DNA of 64,000 bases from Chrysomallon squamiferum (GCA_012295275.1 CM022668.1:4898001-4962000); one strand, 5' to 3'. Positions 31,280 to 55,413 are shown, counted from the first letter of the stretch. A program made the numbers and translations. The notes: generated from the letters alone by a model not told the origin.

Positions 31280-31742
31280 GGTTATTGATTCTTGTTTTAA
31301 CTTCTTTCTACGAATTCCTTATTAAGTGACTGGCTCTGAGGAAAATGGAGCCATTTATAAATGTTACTGAAACGTGCGAACGAGGCGCGAGTAGAAAAAA
31401 ACAAGGTCATCTATTTACTGAACTGTCTGTCAAGCATTTGAAATAAACCGACCAGTATATTTATTTTTATATTAAACACATCAGCGGTCAACTATAATAA
31501 TCATATTTTGTTTTTCCCCTGCGTGTTTCCCTTTTTGCACTTAGCACAAAAGAAACTGGTTTCTCTGCAAATAGGCGAAAGAAGTCTTTCTTTCTTTATT
31601 CATTTGTTCGTTCACTTATTTCTATTAGCGGTTTTTTGTGGGTTTCTGTTTGATTTTTTTTACCTTTGATTTCGCTATATTTACACAATCCTATTGATAT
31701 ATTGCTTTAATTCTTTCGATACATATACACTAACTCACACAC

Positions 31743-31775
<33 letters not shown>

Positions 31776-32810
31776 TGTATGTATACATAATGTCTGCTCT
31801 GTGGAAGATTCTTAGAAAGAAATTCTTGATTTCGAAGGATATGTTTGAAGGTTTTTACTGTTTGTTTTTTCCTGTTCTAATTTTACTCAGATCACGGTGA
31901 TTTTGATATAACAACAACAACAATAATAATAATAATAGTAGTAATAATAATAAAACAATTTATTTTGTCCTAGTCTTCTAATGGTCTGTAACTATTTTGT
32001 TAATGTACTCGATGTGAAATGCCTACACATGAGTGTTTGTTTAAAATAATAAATAAATGTATTCACTTATCTAAGACCCATGCTGTTGTATGTGATCGAG
32101 TTATTATTATTATTATTATATAAACTTCTACTAGACACAAATTCCACAAATTGATTTTTTGCATAGTACAAATATCGTTCAAAGATAACAAACTATAATT
32201 TTCTGTAAGAAGCAGTTAGCTGTAATATAAGTAAACATTAATACATTTTTACTGTAACGATATTTAAAATCGTCGACCTTTATTATATTAACTGGTGATT
32301 TTTAAATTTTGGAATACCGTTGTTCCAAAGAAAATAAACAAAGATTTCCGATAATATCCTAGAATCCCAGAAATATTACTTTACTATACAAAAAAATAAA
32401 GAATCAAAAAATATATTATGAATAGAATAAAATAAAATAACATTATTACTACTGTTTTTATTGTAATGTGTGTTGATTATGTTAGATGGATATTATTAGT
32501 GTAATCTTTGTGTAATCTTTCATGACTCTCACGTGACATAGTGAAATATCAAAGATATGACGTTGAAATAAAAATAGGTCATCAGAATGATTAAAAAAAG
32601 TTTGGATACTAACGACGTACTTCCTTTATTCAACGTCATATCAAACACGTCATATCAGTGACGTCACGTTTCGCTTTGTCACGTGACAGTCTCGATAGGT
32701 TATGGAAATCATTAGATCTGTCTCATTTTATTTTTATTTATTTTGTCTCACTTTCTATCTAACTTACTGGTTTTCACTGCTTTTTTTTTTATACTCATTT
32801 GTCTCTGATT

Positions 32811-32848
<38 letters not shown>

Positions 32849-33166
32849 AAAGGATAAAAAAGAATAAGAAATATTAATCCACCTGAATATTCTATTGAAA
32901 AATACAGCTATAAGTCACGTGATAACCTTCACCCCGACCACACGAAGTAACGTCACGTGGACTGCGTCACGTGTCACCTTCAGATTTCTCGGTCAGTTCT
33001 TCCCGGTACATCATGTGACAGCTCGTCTGTTTATCTCTCTGTTTTTAAACTAATAAAATATCTATCAACTGATCTGAGACCCATGCTGCTAGCACAAAAT
33101 TCATTTTAATTGGCAGATGTTAAATTCCTTCCTTTTAGTATGATAAATGTGATAGTATGTTACCGA

Positions 33167-33202
<36 letters not shown>

Positions 33203-33379
33203 TTAAGTTCACATATGAATATGTAATAAAATAGTAAATAAAATAAAATGAAATGAAATAAAATAAAAATAAATGTAATAATAATGCACATCAAAAAGAG
33301 AACAAAAACAAAGAGAACAAACAGAATACTCAGGTGGATTTTCAAAGTTAATTTCAAACAACAAAATAAATAAATTTAC

Positions 33380-33480
33380 CTTTCAATGCAGTTGTCCCAG
33401 AAATGTCTGCCCCACCAACTTCCATGTGACTCCACTGTAGTCAAACATGCTACGACGACGACAAATAGAAATATTTTCAT
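33380..33480 (-). pseudogene. Orphan E-type exon 1 (open, no downstream exons seen)
   Basis: MKIFLFVVVVACLTTVESHGSWWGRHFWDNCIER, donor GTAAAT; inverted copy of 55313..55413. Confidence 0.65.
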
Positions 33481-34398
33481 AGTTACTGAGTCTCGTTTTA
33501 ACTTCTTTCTACGAATTCCTTATCGAGTGACTGACTCCGAGAAAGGTGGAGCCATTTGTAAATGTTACTGAAAGAAAATATAAGAACAAAAAATAAAAGA
33601 ATGAAAGGTCAGCTATTAATTGAACTATTTTTTCAAGCACTTGAAATAAACCGTCCAGTATATTTTAATTTAAATACATCAGCTGTTACGTGTAATAAAC
33701 ATATTTTCTTTTTCCCTGCGTGGTTCCCTTTTTTCACCTACCACAAAAGAAACTGATTTCTCTGTTTTATTTGCAAACTGGCGGAAAAAGTTCTTCTTTC
33801 TTTTTTTCTTTCTTTCTTTCTTTATTCATTTATTCAATTGTTCGTTATTATATTTTTATTTATTTTGTTGTTTTTTTGTGTTTTTTTATATTTAATTTTG
33901 TTGTATTCATTTTTAATATTGTTTGGATCTTCATACATTGTTATTTTTCTATTCACACTCTCACACAAATTAGTTGACAGATGTTGTTTTATCACGTACT
34001 CATATCGTCAATTTTGTTCCTGTGGCCGAATTAGTGTTGCTGTTGTTGCTGACAGGTCACTATTGGTTTTCACTGTTTTATTTTACATACACATTCATCT
34101 CTGGTTCCATACCAAAAACAATAAATAAATAAAAATAAAATGTAATGCACCTTGATGAATTTACACTAAACAATAACGTGATCACCTTCACACAAAGTAA
34201 GGTCACCTAAACTGTGACACCTTCAGATGTTACGGTCATCGCTCTGTTTTTAAATTAATCAAATATCTATCTGCTGATCTAAGACCCATGCCGCTCACGC
34301 AAAATTAATTTTAGGTGGCAGATGTTGAGTTTTCTTCATATTAATATGGTAAATATCATAGGATGTAAAAGTATTATTGTTAGTAGAAGTAGTAGTAG

Positions 34399-34438
<40 letters not shown>

Positions 34439-34662
34439 ATTGTTATTTTTATTTTATTATAACGTATATTGATCTCGCTGATGATGGTGAAGATATTGCT
34501 ATAGACGTTATTAATATCACGACTGTCACGTGACCTGTGATGACGTTTACTGATAAAAAGTTGACACGAAAACAGGACAACCCCAATAAAACTGACACGT
34601 CACGTAGTAGAGTCCACTGTACCTCAGACTCTCCTTCGTATATTATTCCATTATACAAGAAC

Positions 34663-34729
<67 letters not shown>

Positions 34730-34750
34730 TACTACTATTATTATTATTAC

Positions 34751-34784
<34 letters not shown>

Positions 34785-34950
34785 GCACTTAGTCTAAGTG
34801 AAGTGCCCAAATAGCTAAAGACTTTAAGTTCGCATTTGAATATAAATAAAATAGTAAATTAAAAAAATAAAATAAAATAAAATAAAATAAAAATAATAAT
34901 TTGTGTTACTACTACTTGTATTACAACAACAATAATAATAATAATAATAA

Positions 34951-34981
<31 letters not shown>

Positions 34982-35124
34982 AAGAAGAAGAAGAATATAT
35001 AACTATGTGCATATATATTTTATTTAATTAAGAGATATAACCCAAAGTAAAAATATTTTCATAATTTTATTTATTTCGTATCATTGACATGACTGCTTGT
35101 CTGGCTTTCCTCCAGATTTCTCTT

Positions 35125-39094
<3,970 letters not shown>

Positions 39095-39583
39095 TTTCAG
39101 TCTTTTGTCTGCTTTGTAGTCAGGAGTTTGACGAGCTCAGTGAAAACTGGAAATGTGAGATTTATAAACTGTTTTATTTATCAACGTGTACATTGGAAAA
39201 ATATCACGTAGATTTTAGAAATATTTAATTAAGTTTTGTTTTTCTACTCCCTGGAGATTTACACCTGTGATCTTTCAATTTAATACCAGTTTGTTATTGT
39301 AAACGTCTTTCATTTTCTGTTTACTTTCAGCCACCCACAGTTTTCCTGTCTATCAACTTGTACGAGATAAACAGTAAGTAACAGCAGCGAAATAAACAGT
39401 ACAAAACAATTCTTCTAAATTGTTTACTATTTACTTATTAATTTAGTTTTATCTTTTAGTTTTATTATAATTTCTATTTAATGATAATTCATTTAATTCA
39501 TTGTAATTCTTCTCTATGTATTTTTGATTGTTATTATTATTATTATTATTATTGTTTTAATAGATAAAAGATAAATAACTTAG

Positions 39584-39699
39584 TTTTGAACACAGATTTC
39601 ATTCGATCCCTGAAATCCACACCCCCAGTGTTCAAGGTGTGACTCTGCTACACTCAGACATGTTAGAATCAACACACAAATAATCAGAGAAGATTTCAT
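39584..39699 (-). pseudogene. Exon-1 copy upstream of gene C with dead donor
   Basis: MKSSLIICVLILTCLSVAESHLEHWGCGFQGSNEICVQ followed by CTAAGT instead of GTAAGT. Confidence 0.7.
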
Positions 39700-40226
39700 T
39701 TTCAGTTTTTTCTCTTTCCTGTAGTCATGACTTTGTCGAACTATGGGAATAATGGAAATGTGAGATTTACAATTGCTTGTTTCTTTCGACTACGTGTACA
39801 GAGTGAAAAAAAGTTTAACTAAATGTTTTGTTCTGTTTGGATTCACTCGAGAGCAGCATGTGCCATTTTGTAATTTCATTTAAAGCTGTTACAGACGATA
39901 AATATTAATCGTTCTCTGTGTATATTCAGCCACCCATTGTTTTTCTCTTGATTGTCTTGTGCTGGATATAACAGAGTAAACAACCGAAGAAAATCGATCG
40001 TAAAGCGATACGCTAGAAACATTTCGACGTTTCATTTATTGATTTATTTGATTTTGTTTACGTTTAATAGTTTATTTATTATTATTTTATTTACTTTCTT
40101 CTTATTTTTATTGTTACTGGTCTGTTTATTGTTTGTCTGTTTGTACAGCTGTCTGTTCATCTGTCAGTGTCTGTGTCTTTGTATCGCAGGCGATCGGGGT
40201 ACACGTTTTCTTAATGTAGTTTATTT

Positions 40227-40324
<98 letters not shown>

Positions 40325-41001
40325 ACTATTTTAATGGCTTTTCTATTTTCTTCTCTAATTTAACTAATATACTGTGTTGATCATGCAGATCTCCACGTTT
40401 GTGTAATTCTGGCAGTGTTACACAGGTGTTTCCTTTAACGTCCGCCCAGCTTCTCTTCAGTTAGATGACGTGAAACGCTCAGTTTCAGTTTGCTAATTTT
40501 GAAACATGAATTGTCAGGACTCTTTCGATGAGGACGGATATTAAATTTATCTTGTACCATATATCACTTAGATCAAAAAATAAAAACATTATTAAATTTT
40601 AAATTTGGCAGATAAAAAGGGAGAAATGTTTTAAAATGTTTTAAAGTGGTATATTTCGTTTAAGAATGTTTTTCGTGAAATGTTAGATGCTTTTTTCTCC
40701 TTCGTATATTCTGAGAAAGGATTGCTACTAAATAATTTTAAATAGGTTCAGAAATATTTTGTACAGTAGTATAGGTTGAGAAATATCTTGTACAGTATAT
40801 AGTTTTAAAATACCTAATACATGTAAATAAATGTACTTACATACATATATACGTACATTAAAAATATTTGTCTTTTCTGTATCTGATATACATACATATA
40901 TACCTAGATTAAACATTTTTTTCTTTTCACTATCTGATGTATTAAAATAAATATTTTTATTATTAATTTATTTATATTTTTGTTGTTGTTTCTCTTTGAA
41001 G

Positions 41002-41570
41002 TTCCTCTTCCAGGTAAGATACAAATATCTTGTGTTAATTTAGTTTCTGGATGAAAAATACATAAACACATACTCTTATCAAATATACATACAAACGTAC
41101 ATACATAAATACAAACACACATACGTACATAGACACAGATATTTGTTTTCGCTTAAACTTAAAGCATGTTTACATAAGCTTTATTGTTCCTCTTTACTCT
41201 TTTTATAATTTCATTTAATTTTTATTCATCTGGCCGAAGTTTTATATCATCCATAGATATTTCTCCCTTACACATTATTCCGCTTTTAAATAAAATGATT
41301 CAGAGAGGTGTTAGAGAAAGAAAAATAAATATACTTCTTTTTTATATCACTCTGTCTGAGTGATAAAAATAGAAGTATATATAGATAGAAACAGAGAGAA
41401 AGTAACTTTCTCTTTTAATGATTTTTTTCCTCTCTAATTTTTCTTTTAGTTTTTGTGGATGAATAAGGAAAATCTTCCGAGTGTCTGTCAGTACAAAGCT
41501 GTGTGTGTGACTCTGCCTCTGTAGCTGTTGACTACGGCTGCGCGGGGAACATCTGACGTGTGCTGCTGTG
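41002..41570 (+). pseudogene. Inverted copy of the orphan Cys exon (41450..41570) with upstream 12-nt micro-exon (41002..41013)
   Basis: Same +1 frameshift plus Cys1-to-Phe and a TAA stop. Micro-exon gaag|TTCCTCTTCCAG|gtaag also occurs at 15642..15653 (-), and with a dead donor near 5270 (-). Confidence 0.7.
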
Positions 41571-42791
41571 GTAACCTTATGTAACTGATTCAAATAATAC
41601 AGATGTTTCCTTTGACGTCCGTCTAACTTCTATTCAACTAGATCACGGGAACTGTTCTATTTCTAATTATGAATTTAAAAAGTTTTCCCACTATTTATTT
41701 ATGTATCGGAACTATTTCCAGGACGGTAGTTTAAAATTTATCTGTTTTTACATTTAGTATTTTTCTTATAATTATTTATTTTAACATTTATATGTAGACG
41801 CTGACACACAATCATGTAATTAGTACGAACGGTATTTCTAACTGGATTTGGAGAAGAGAGGATATAATTAGGATCAGCTATAAACATGCTGAGGCCCTCA
41901 ACTACAGAAATCTTTATAGATCCAATTTCTTTAGCAGTAACATATAACAAACTTGTGTCATAATTAAACTGAAATGTTAAAGACTCTTACTGGAGGTGAC
42001 TCCCTAAGCATACAGTAGATTTTACAGCTCATACTTACATTCATCCCACATGATGATGATGATATTAATAATAACAATAATAAAATAATAATAATTCAAA
42101 ATTATAATGTTAATATTACGTACTTTTAACTTTAGCAAATTAAGACGCACAAAACGTAACATCTGCCAACAGACTGATGTTGCTGTAGCAGCATGGAACT
42201 TAGATACACATCGTATTGTTTTAAACAAACATCTAAGCGCACACGCAATGGCGCATGGTCTACCGGTGAGAACTGATGTATAACTGTAAGTTATCACAAG
42301 TCAAGCAGGTACACACACTTTACATGACGTGTCTCTTGTCTGTGAACTAAAATGCAAACACGCAGAATACGTAACATCTGTCAAGTAAAGTTAATTGTGT
42401 GCTAGCAACATGGGTCAGAGATCAGTGCTTACATTTTTTATTATTGGTTACACGCACGTGTCCCTACGTACACTGAGAAACATGCCGCAGTCTACGTGAC
42501 GTGTTTTTACTGTTTGTCCTGTGTGTTCGTGTTTTTTTTGTTCAGTTCTCTAGAACTTTAATAGTACAAACTAGTGAAGGTTACACGTAACTGTTTTTTT
42601 GCACTTAGATCAAGTGTGGTTAGGAGAATTAATATCTGAGTGTTTCTAAAATGGAGAAAACTTAACTATTTAAAATGAAGACGAGAGGAACATTACTGAT
42701 CTTAAAAAAATAAATTGATGAATTCAATCCCGAATAAGAAACGTAAGTCTAATTTTTTACTTATTTATTCATTATTCTATTTTTCATTATA

Positions 42792-42867
<76 letters not shown>

Positions 42868-43074
42868 TTTAAGGTCATGAAAGTAAGCATCACAAAAAAT
42901 CAGACAAACGTCTACATGTCACAGCTGTAGGCTAAACTAAAAAAGACTGATATGAATAATCACGTGATCCTTGTTACATCACGTTCGCACATCTCAGTAA
43001 TATTTATAAGTCACACTCAGAGATCTTCATTCTGTACTCAATTCAACAGAAGAATTGAAAAGAAGACAACAACC

Positions 43075-44425
43075 ATGAAACTACTTGTACTTATCGCCGT
43101 CGTCGTAGCATGTCTGGCTGCAGCAGAGTCTCATAGAAGATGGTGGGACAGACATGGCGGGAGATACTGCGGTTTAAGGTAAGTTTATATGTTTTATTGC
43201 TTAAATTACGAGGTCTTGAAATGTAACAAATCAACTAAAACTATCACTTTCATTTATTTATTTATTTATTTATTTATTCTGTTTTTTGCTTTGCTTCTTT
43301 TCTCTTTGGTAATTTTTGTTTGTTTACTGTTCTTCTTATATATATAAAATTTTTGTTCACTCGTTTTGTTTGTACTTATAGTTTAATGTATTAAATTTCG
43401 TATTTCGGTTGATGGATCTGATTCTTTGTATCTCAAACGAATCGACCTTCTAAGTAAAATTACTTCTACTTCCAAACTTTTGTTTCGTGGTTTCAATTGA
43501 CCTCTAATCGCCAATAACAAAGTAACATAATATAATTCTCGATTTGCAGTTTGAATACTGATTTAGAAAACAGATCTGTTGTGAATTTTGTGTTTGTTTA
43601 TTGTCTGATTTTATATAAAACAATTTCCAAATCCAACATAGAAGACGAATAAGTAAGTAAGTAAGTAAGTAAGTAAATAAATAAATAAATAATTATATTT
43701 TCATATGCTCTTCTGAACGCAGAATAATGTACTAAATTCTTTTTAATTAAATTTCATTCTTAAACCTACTTATGATGTATTTTATTTCTCGTTTATATTG
43801 CAGCGCCTACAACAAGTATGTTTTCTATTTATTTTTTATTTATTTCAAACAATTTTCTCTGCATTCCTAAATAGATACTTACACTATATTTAGTGTAATA
43901 CTATTCCTTATGTATTTTATTCAAATCTGAAAATACACACACACACGGAAACGTGCATTCATGCATTTGTACATCAGATGGTGCATAATAAATCAGTTTT
44001 ATCACATTTCACAATATAAAATAGTGGTGTTTATTATATGCAAAACACTAAAAGTATATTTAATTAATCGGAAAACTTTCTTAAAATACAAACTTAAGCT
44101 TATTTCTGATGTATTATATTTCTTTCTTTTTTCTTTTTTTCTCAAGCTACTACAAGTAAGTCTTCTTTTTGTTATGATTAATTTCATGCATTCCTATATT
44201 CATATATACATGCGTACACATATACATATGGACATACATACAAATAAACGTATATAAAAACTGACTAAAGATTACTAATTCTCATGTCTGTATTTGATGA
44301 TTTTATAAAATATAAGCGTATATATATATAATGTATTAATTGTAAAAGAAATTTTAATTTGTTAAAAATGTTCACAAACGTTAATGTAATTTCCTTTTCT
44401 TTTTATACTTAAGCCCCTACAACAA
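43075..44425 (+). pseudogene. Gene D: truncated family member (intact exon 1 plus micro-exons, no recognisable exon 2 or Cys exon)
   Basis: Exon 1 43075..43178 encodes MKLLVLIAVVVACLAAAESHRRWWDRHGGRYCGLR with a phase-2 GTAAGT donor. Micro-exons at 43804..43815 (CGCCTACAACAA|gtatgt), 44147..44155 (CTACTACAA|gtaagt) and 44414..44425 (donor GAAAGT, dead). Sequence switches to the inverted-duplication arm near 44690. Confidence 0.65.
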
Positions 44426-44729
44426 GAAAGTTTTTAGTTTTTATTTATTGTGTTATATAGATGCATACGTACTTATGTTTTAAAATATATTCGATCACAG
44501 GTACATACATAACATAGGATGTGCTAAACATTAAATATATAATTTAGAATATCATTAGAAAACGTTATTTCATACATACACACATACATATAGAGACACT
44601 TGCATTCATTCATGTATGCATATGCGCGTTTCCACCACCACTCTCTTTTCCTCTCTCTCTCTGTATCTTTCACTTCATGTTACAGACATATTACTAAATA
44701 ATAATAATAATAACAATAGTAATAATAAC

Positions 44730-44782
<53 letters not shown>

Positions 44783-45590
44783 TAACAAACAATTTCTCTT
44801 TTTTCTGTGTTTCAAGGTCTTCCTAATAACTCTAAAACAAACAAACAAAAAATAGTAAAATAATAATTTAAAAAAAAGACCAAATAAACAAAATATAACG
44901 ACGATTAATGTCTTAATTATTTATTAAAGGAATATATAATAGTTTAATAGGTTTATAAGTACAATAATACATAGAGAGTTATTTTGTCGATACACCGGAC
45001 ACCTGCAGCGACAGTGACCTCACAATTGTTGCGCAAAACTTAACTTACGGGCCCTGTTTAATTCTTTTTTGAAAGTTGCAAAAAATAATATGCTTAATTT
45101 ACAAATATAGAATAGTGGGGGGGGAAGACAATAACAAACGTAACTTTAACCAAATCGTTGATAGTTTATACGAGTGGTAAATGTCCCCATCTCACCACAC
45201 TATGCAACATTTCTTGTAGATGACCTTGTAACAAGTTTACTGTTATTTTACCTCATCGAATCCGGATCGATGCACTTCGGTAACTGCTTCACAACAATTT
45301 CATTCACGCCCCTTTTTCACGTTTTCTTCAGCGAGTCGACACACTTCGGCTCGATCTGAATAGACGGTAACTTTCTTTATGACACATTCTGACGACAGGA
45401 ATGTGTTACCATCACTGGTTTCGTGAACTGTCATACTGACATATGTCACTGTCGCATTAAATGCTCACCTGGGTTAATGCTGACAAGTTTCCTGATTGCG
45501 AATTCAAATCTCGTTTTATCTCGGAGGTTCGAAATAAAGTTTATAAAGCGATGATGAATAATAAAATTATCTATCTATCTATCTATCCGC

Positions 45591-45646
<56 letters not shown>

Positions 45647-45957
45647 ATATATGTATCTATCTATCTATCTAGGCCTAGGCCTATCGTTTAGTTGAAAGGT
45701 AAAAAAGAAAAATTGTACTCAAACGAAACGTGTTTATGTCACATTGTAAACAACTGACTACATTATGCTAAGTAGATACACACACGAATGTCAAAATGTT
45801 CGAAATGAAATTCATTTATTTATTCATTTTATTTATGGCCCGGATTGAGTTCCGAACATGTGAATTTTTAAAATTAGTTTTATTTGTTGTATTCTTGATT
45901 TTGGGCTTGAGGTCTGAAAGAGGTTCTTGCTTTTTTTTCGCTTTTTTTTTTTTGGGG

Positions 45958-46017
<60 letters not shown>

Positions 46018-46070
46018 TTTTGTTTGTTTTTCGAAATTCATGTATTTGTAAACTGTAAAGTTTCATAATA

Positions 46071-46409
46071 CAGATACCGGACCAATTATCCGGACTCCTT
46101 GGGGCCAGAGGCATTCCGGATTTCTGGATTTTCTGGTTTTCTGGTACCAAGGCATCTAAATACGTAAATAATTAGGCATAAACATTTTAAAATTAAAAAC
46201 ATAAAGAAAATTGACGATACACAACTGTGGCGACTCGACATGTAAACAATGCGGCGAGTGAATGAACGCCACGCGGCTTGAAAGAGTAGTTCCGGTCTGG
46301 TGAGGACAACACTCGCGCGCGCGATCTTTGAAAATAGCGTCGGGGAAAAAACTTCCGGTTTTCTAGTCTTTCTGGATTACAGGACGCCGGATAATTGGTC
46401 CGGTACCTG
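46071..46409. mobile_element. MITE (Tc1/mariner-type ends)
   Basis: About 29-bp imperfect TIRs CAGATACCGGACCAATTATCCGGACTCCT ... AGGACGCCGGATAATTGGTCCGGTACCTG, TA on both sides, GC-rich non-coding interior. Confidence 0.75.
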
Positions 46410-46457
46410 TAATTCAAGAGTTTCTGATGTGGTCTAGCGGTTAGGATTCGTATCTGT

Positions 46458-46545
<88 letters not shown>

Positions 46546-47061
46546 TTTGAATAGACGACATTACTGTGTTTTGATGCAATATATGCTGTGAGTGCTTTCT
46601 ATTTTAACTATGTCGAAAACATTATTTATTTTTAAGCTTATGTCGATTAATGAAAATTATTTTAGAGTTTTGTGAAAATAATACTTACTTTCTGTTTTAC
46701 TAAATTTTTATTTATCTATTTATTGTCTGTGTATGTACACACGTTTACGTTTGTATGTGTATGCATGTATATATAATGATAATGATCCAAATCATGTGTG
46801 CTGCTATGGTAAGTTCATGTCAACTGATTGGACAATACTGATGTGTATCCTTTCATTTATACTGAGATAAATGAAATGAATTATTCAACTTTCTTTTAAG
46901 AATTCTCTTAACATGCACCTAGGTTCAAACTGAAGCTAATAGTAACACAGATTATTACATTCAGTTTCTTTTTCTTTTCTTTTCTTTTCTTTACTATTTT
47001 ATTACATATTCAAATGCGAACTTAACATATTGAGATATTTGGGCATTCCACCCACATAATG

Positions 47062-47205
<144 letters not shown>

Positions 47206-47212
47206 GTAGTAA

Positions 47213-47248
<36 letters not shown>

Positions 47249-47251
47249 GTA

Positions 47252-47297
<46 letters not shown>

Positions 47298-47542
47298 GTT
47301 CTGGTATAATGGAATAATTATCGATGGAGAGTCTGAGGTACAGTGGACTCTACTACGTGACGTGTCAGTTTTATTGGAGTTGTCCTGTTTTCGTGTAAAC
47401 CTTTTCTCAGTGAAGGTCATAACAAGTCACGTGACAATCGTGATGTGTTATATTAATAATGTCTATAGCAAAATCTTCACCATCATCGAAGTCAGTATCT
47501 CTTATAAAAGAATAATAACAATAACAGCCACATCAACAAGAG

Positions 47543-47573
<31 letters not shown>

Positions 47574-48111
47574 AATAACAATAATAATAATAATAATAAT
47601 AGTAATAACAAGATGGTTACATACTATGATATTTACCATATTAATATGAAGAAAACTCAACATCTGCCGACCAAAATTAATTTTGCGTTAGCGGCATGGG
47701 TCTTAGATCAGTGGATAGATATTTTATAAATTTGAAAACAGAGCGATGACTGTAACATCTGAAAGTGACACAGTCTACGTGACCTTACTTTGTGTGAAGG
47801 TGATCACGTTATTGATTAGTGTATTTTCATCAAAATGGATTACACTTCTATTTTTTTAATTATTGTATTTTCTTTTCTACGTCATATCAGAGATATTTCA
47901 CTTTGTCACGTGACAGTCGCGATAGGTTACACTAACAATATGTATCTAAAATAATATGTCAACCTAAATTAATTATTCACTAGCAGCATGAGTCTTATAT
48001 GAGTGTATAAATTTATTTATTATTTTAAACAAACACCCACGTGTATAGACAATTTCACATCATGTAAATCAACAAAAGAGTTACAGGCCATTAGAAAAGT
48101 ACGACAAAATA

Positions 48112-48156
<45 letters not shown>

Positions 48157-49073
48157 CATGATTATTATTATTATCATTACTATTATTATTATTATTTAAA
48201 AATCTCCGGGATGTCAGTAAAATTAGAATAGAAAAAAAAATGAGAACATTTAAAACCTTCAAAGATTTGCTTCGATAATCAAGAATTTGTTTTTGAGAAT
48301 CTTCTAGAGTTCAGAACAAACTGATAAAGAAATAAATAAAGAAAGACTTCTTCAGTCCACTTCGAAATAAAAGAGAGAAACCAGTTTATAACACGTAACA
48401 TCCGATGTATGAATTGAAATACTCTCTACCGTTTACGTCAAATGTTTGAAAACTAGTTCAGTAAATAGGTGAACTTTCTTTCCTTTTGACTTCTCGCAGC
48501 ACATTCGCACATTTCAGTGACATTCACAAGTGTCTGCACTTTTCTCAGTCAGTCACTCAGTAAGGAATTCGTATTATTAGTATTATTGTTATTGTTCTTG
48601 TTGTTGTTATTTAAAAATCACAGGAAAAGAAGAACACTTAAAACCTTCAAACATTTTCATCCGTATTCAAGAATTGATATATCGACAGAATTAAAAAGTA
48701 ATATCTGACGGTCCAAAAAAAAAAATATATAAAATAAATTAATACACCAACATTAAATGTAAAAAGACCCAAAACAAAACCAAACGAAAAAGAAACAAAT
48801 AAAATGAAAATAAATACATATACCAAAAAAGTAAATGAACGAACAAATGAATAAAGAAATAAAGAAAGAAAGAAAGAAGGAATTCTTCCCCCAGTTTCCA
48901 AATAAAACAGAGAAACCATTTTCTTTTGCGCTAGATATTTAAAGAGAATCAAGTAACAGCTTTTGTATTTAAATTAGAATATATTCTACAGTTGATGTGA
49001 AAACTAGTTCAGTAAACAGATGACCTTTTCTCTTTTCTTTTTTTTTTTTTTTTTCTGGCACGTTTCAGTTACA

Positions 49074-49107
49074 TTTATAAACGGCTCCACTTTTCTCAGA
49101 GTCAGTC
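49074..49107 (+). promoter_or_regulatory. TATA plus Inr-like core promoter of gene E
   Basis: TTTATAA at 49074 followed by TCAGTC at about 49102. Confidence 0.5.
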
Positions 49108-49155
49108 ACTCGGTTAGGAATTCGTAGAAAGAAGTTAGAACGAGGCTCAGTAACT

Positions 49156-54050
<4,895 letters not shown>

Positions 54051-54348
54051 AAGAGAAATCTGGAGGAAAGCCAGACAAGCAGTCATGTCAATGATACGAA
54101 ATAAATAAAATTATGAAAAATATTATAACGTTCGGTTATATATCTTATTTAAATCAAATATATATGCACATAGTTATATATTCTTCTTCTTCTTATTATT
54201 ATTATTGTAGTACCAGTAGTAGTAACACAAATTATTATATTTATTTTCTTAGATTTTCTTTTATTTTTTTAATTTACTATTTTATTAATATTGAAATGCG
54301 AACTTAAAGTCTTTAGGTATTTGGGCACTCCACTTACACTAAGTGTTC

Positions 54349-54407
<59 letters not shown>

Positions 54408-54559
54408 GTAATACTACTACTACTACTACTAATAATAATAATAATAATTATAATTTAAAATACGTTCTGGTATAATGGAATAACATACGAAGGACAGTCT
54501 GAGGTCACGTGACAATCGTGATGTGTTACATTAATAAAGTCTATAGCAAAATCTTCAAG

Positions 54560-54595
<36 letters not shown>

Positions 54596-55104
54596 AATAA
54601 TAATAATAATAATAATAAGATGGTTACATCCAATGATATTTACCATATTAATACGTAGAAAATTCAACATCTGCCGACTAAAATTAACTTTGCGTTAGCG
54701 GCATGGGTCTTAGATCAGCGGATAGATATTTGATTAATTTAAAAACAGAGCGATGACCGTAACATCTGAAGGTGACACAGTCTACGTGACCTTACTTCGT
54801 GTGAAGGTGATCAGGTTATCGTTTAGTGTATTTTCATCAAGATGGTTTACATTTTATTTTTATTTATTTATTTATTTTTTGTATGGAACCAGAGATGAAT
54901 GTGTATATAAAATAAAACAGTGAAAACTAATAGTGACCTGTCAGCAACAATAGCAACAATAATTCGGCCACAGCAACAAAATTGACGATATCAGTACGTG
55001 ATAAAACAACATCTGTCAACTAAAATTAATTTTCTCTAGCAACATGAGACTGAGATGAGTGACTTAATTTATTTGTTATTTTAAACAAACACCTGCCTGC
55101 CTGC

Positions 55105-55135
<31 letters not shown>

Positions 55136-55312
55136 TGAGTGTGTGTGTGTGAAAATGCTTGAAAAATAGTTAAATAAATAGCTGACCTTTCATTGTTTTT
55201 TTCTTTTTTTTATATTTTCTTTCAGTAGCATTTATAAGTGGCTCTATCTTTCTCAGAGTTAGTCACTCGATAATGAATTCGTAGAAAGAAGTTAGAACGA
55301 GACTCAGTAACT

Positions 55313-55413
55313 ATGAAAATATTTCTATTCGTCGTCGTCGTAGCATGTTTGACTACAGTGGAGTCACATGGAAGTTGGTGGGGCAGACATTTCTGGGACA
55401 GCTGCATTGAAAG
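55313..55413 (+). pseudogene. Orphan E-type exon 1 (open, no downstream exons seen in window)
   Basis: MKIFLFVVVVACLTTVESHGSWWGRHFWDSCIER, donor GTAAAT. Confidence 0.65.

Noticed and set aside
43550-43655. Candidate exon 2 for gene D after TTTGCAG
   Set aside because: No heptad or DDCE similarity, and it runs into a stop without a suitable donor.
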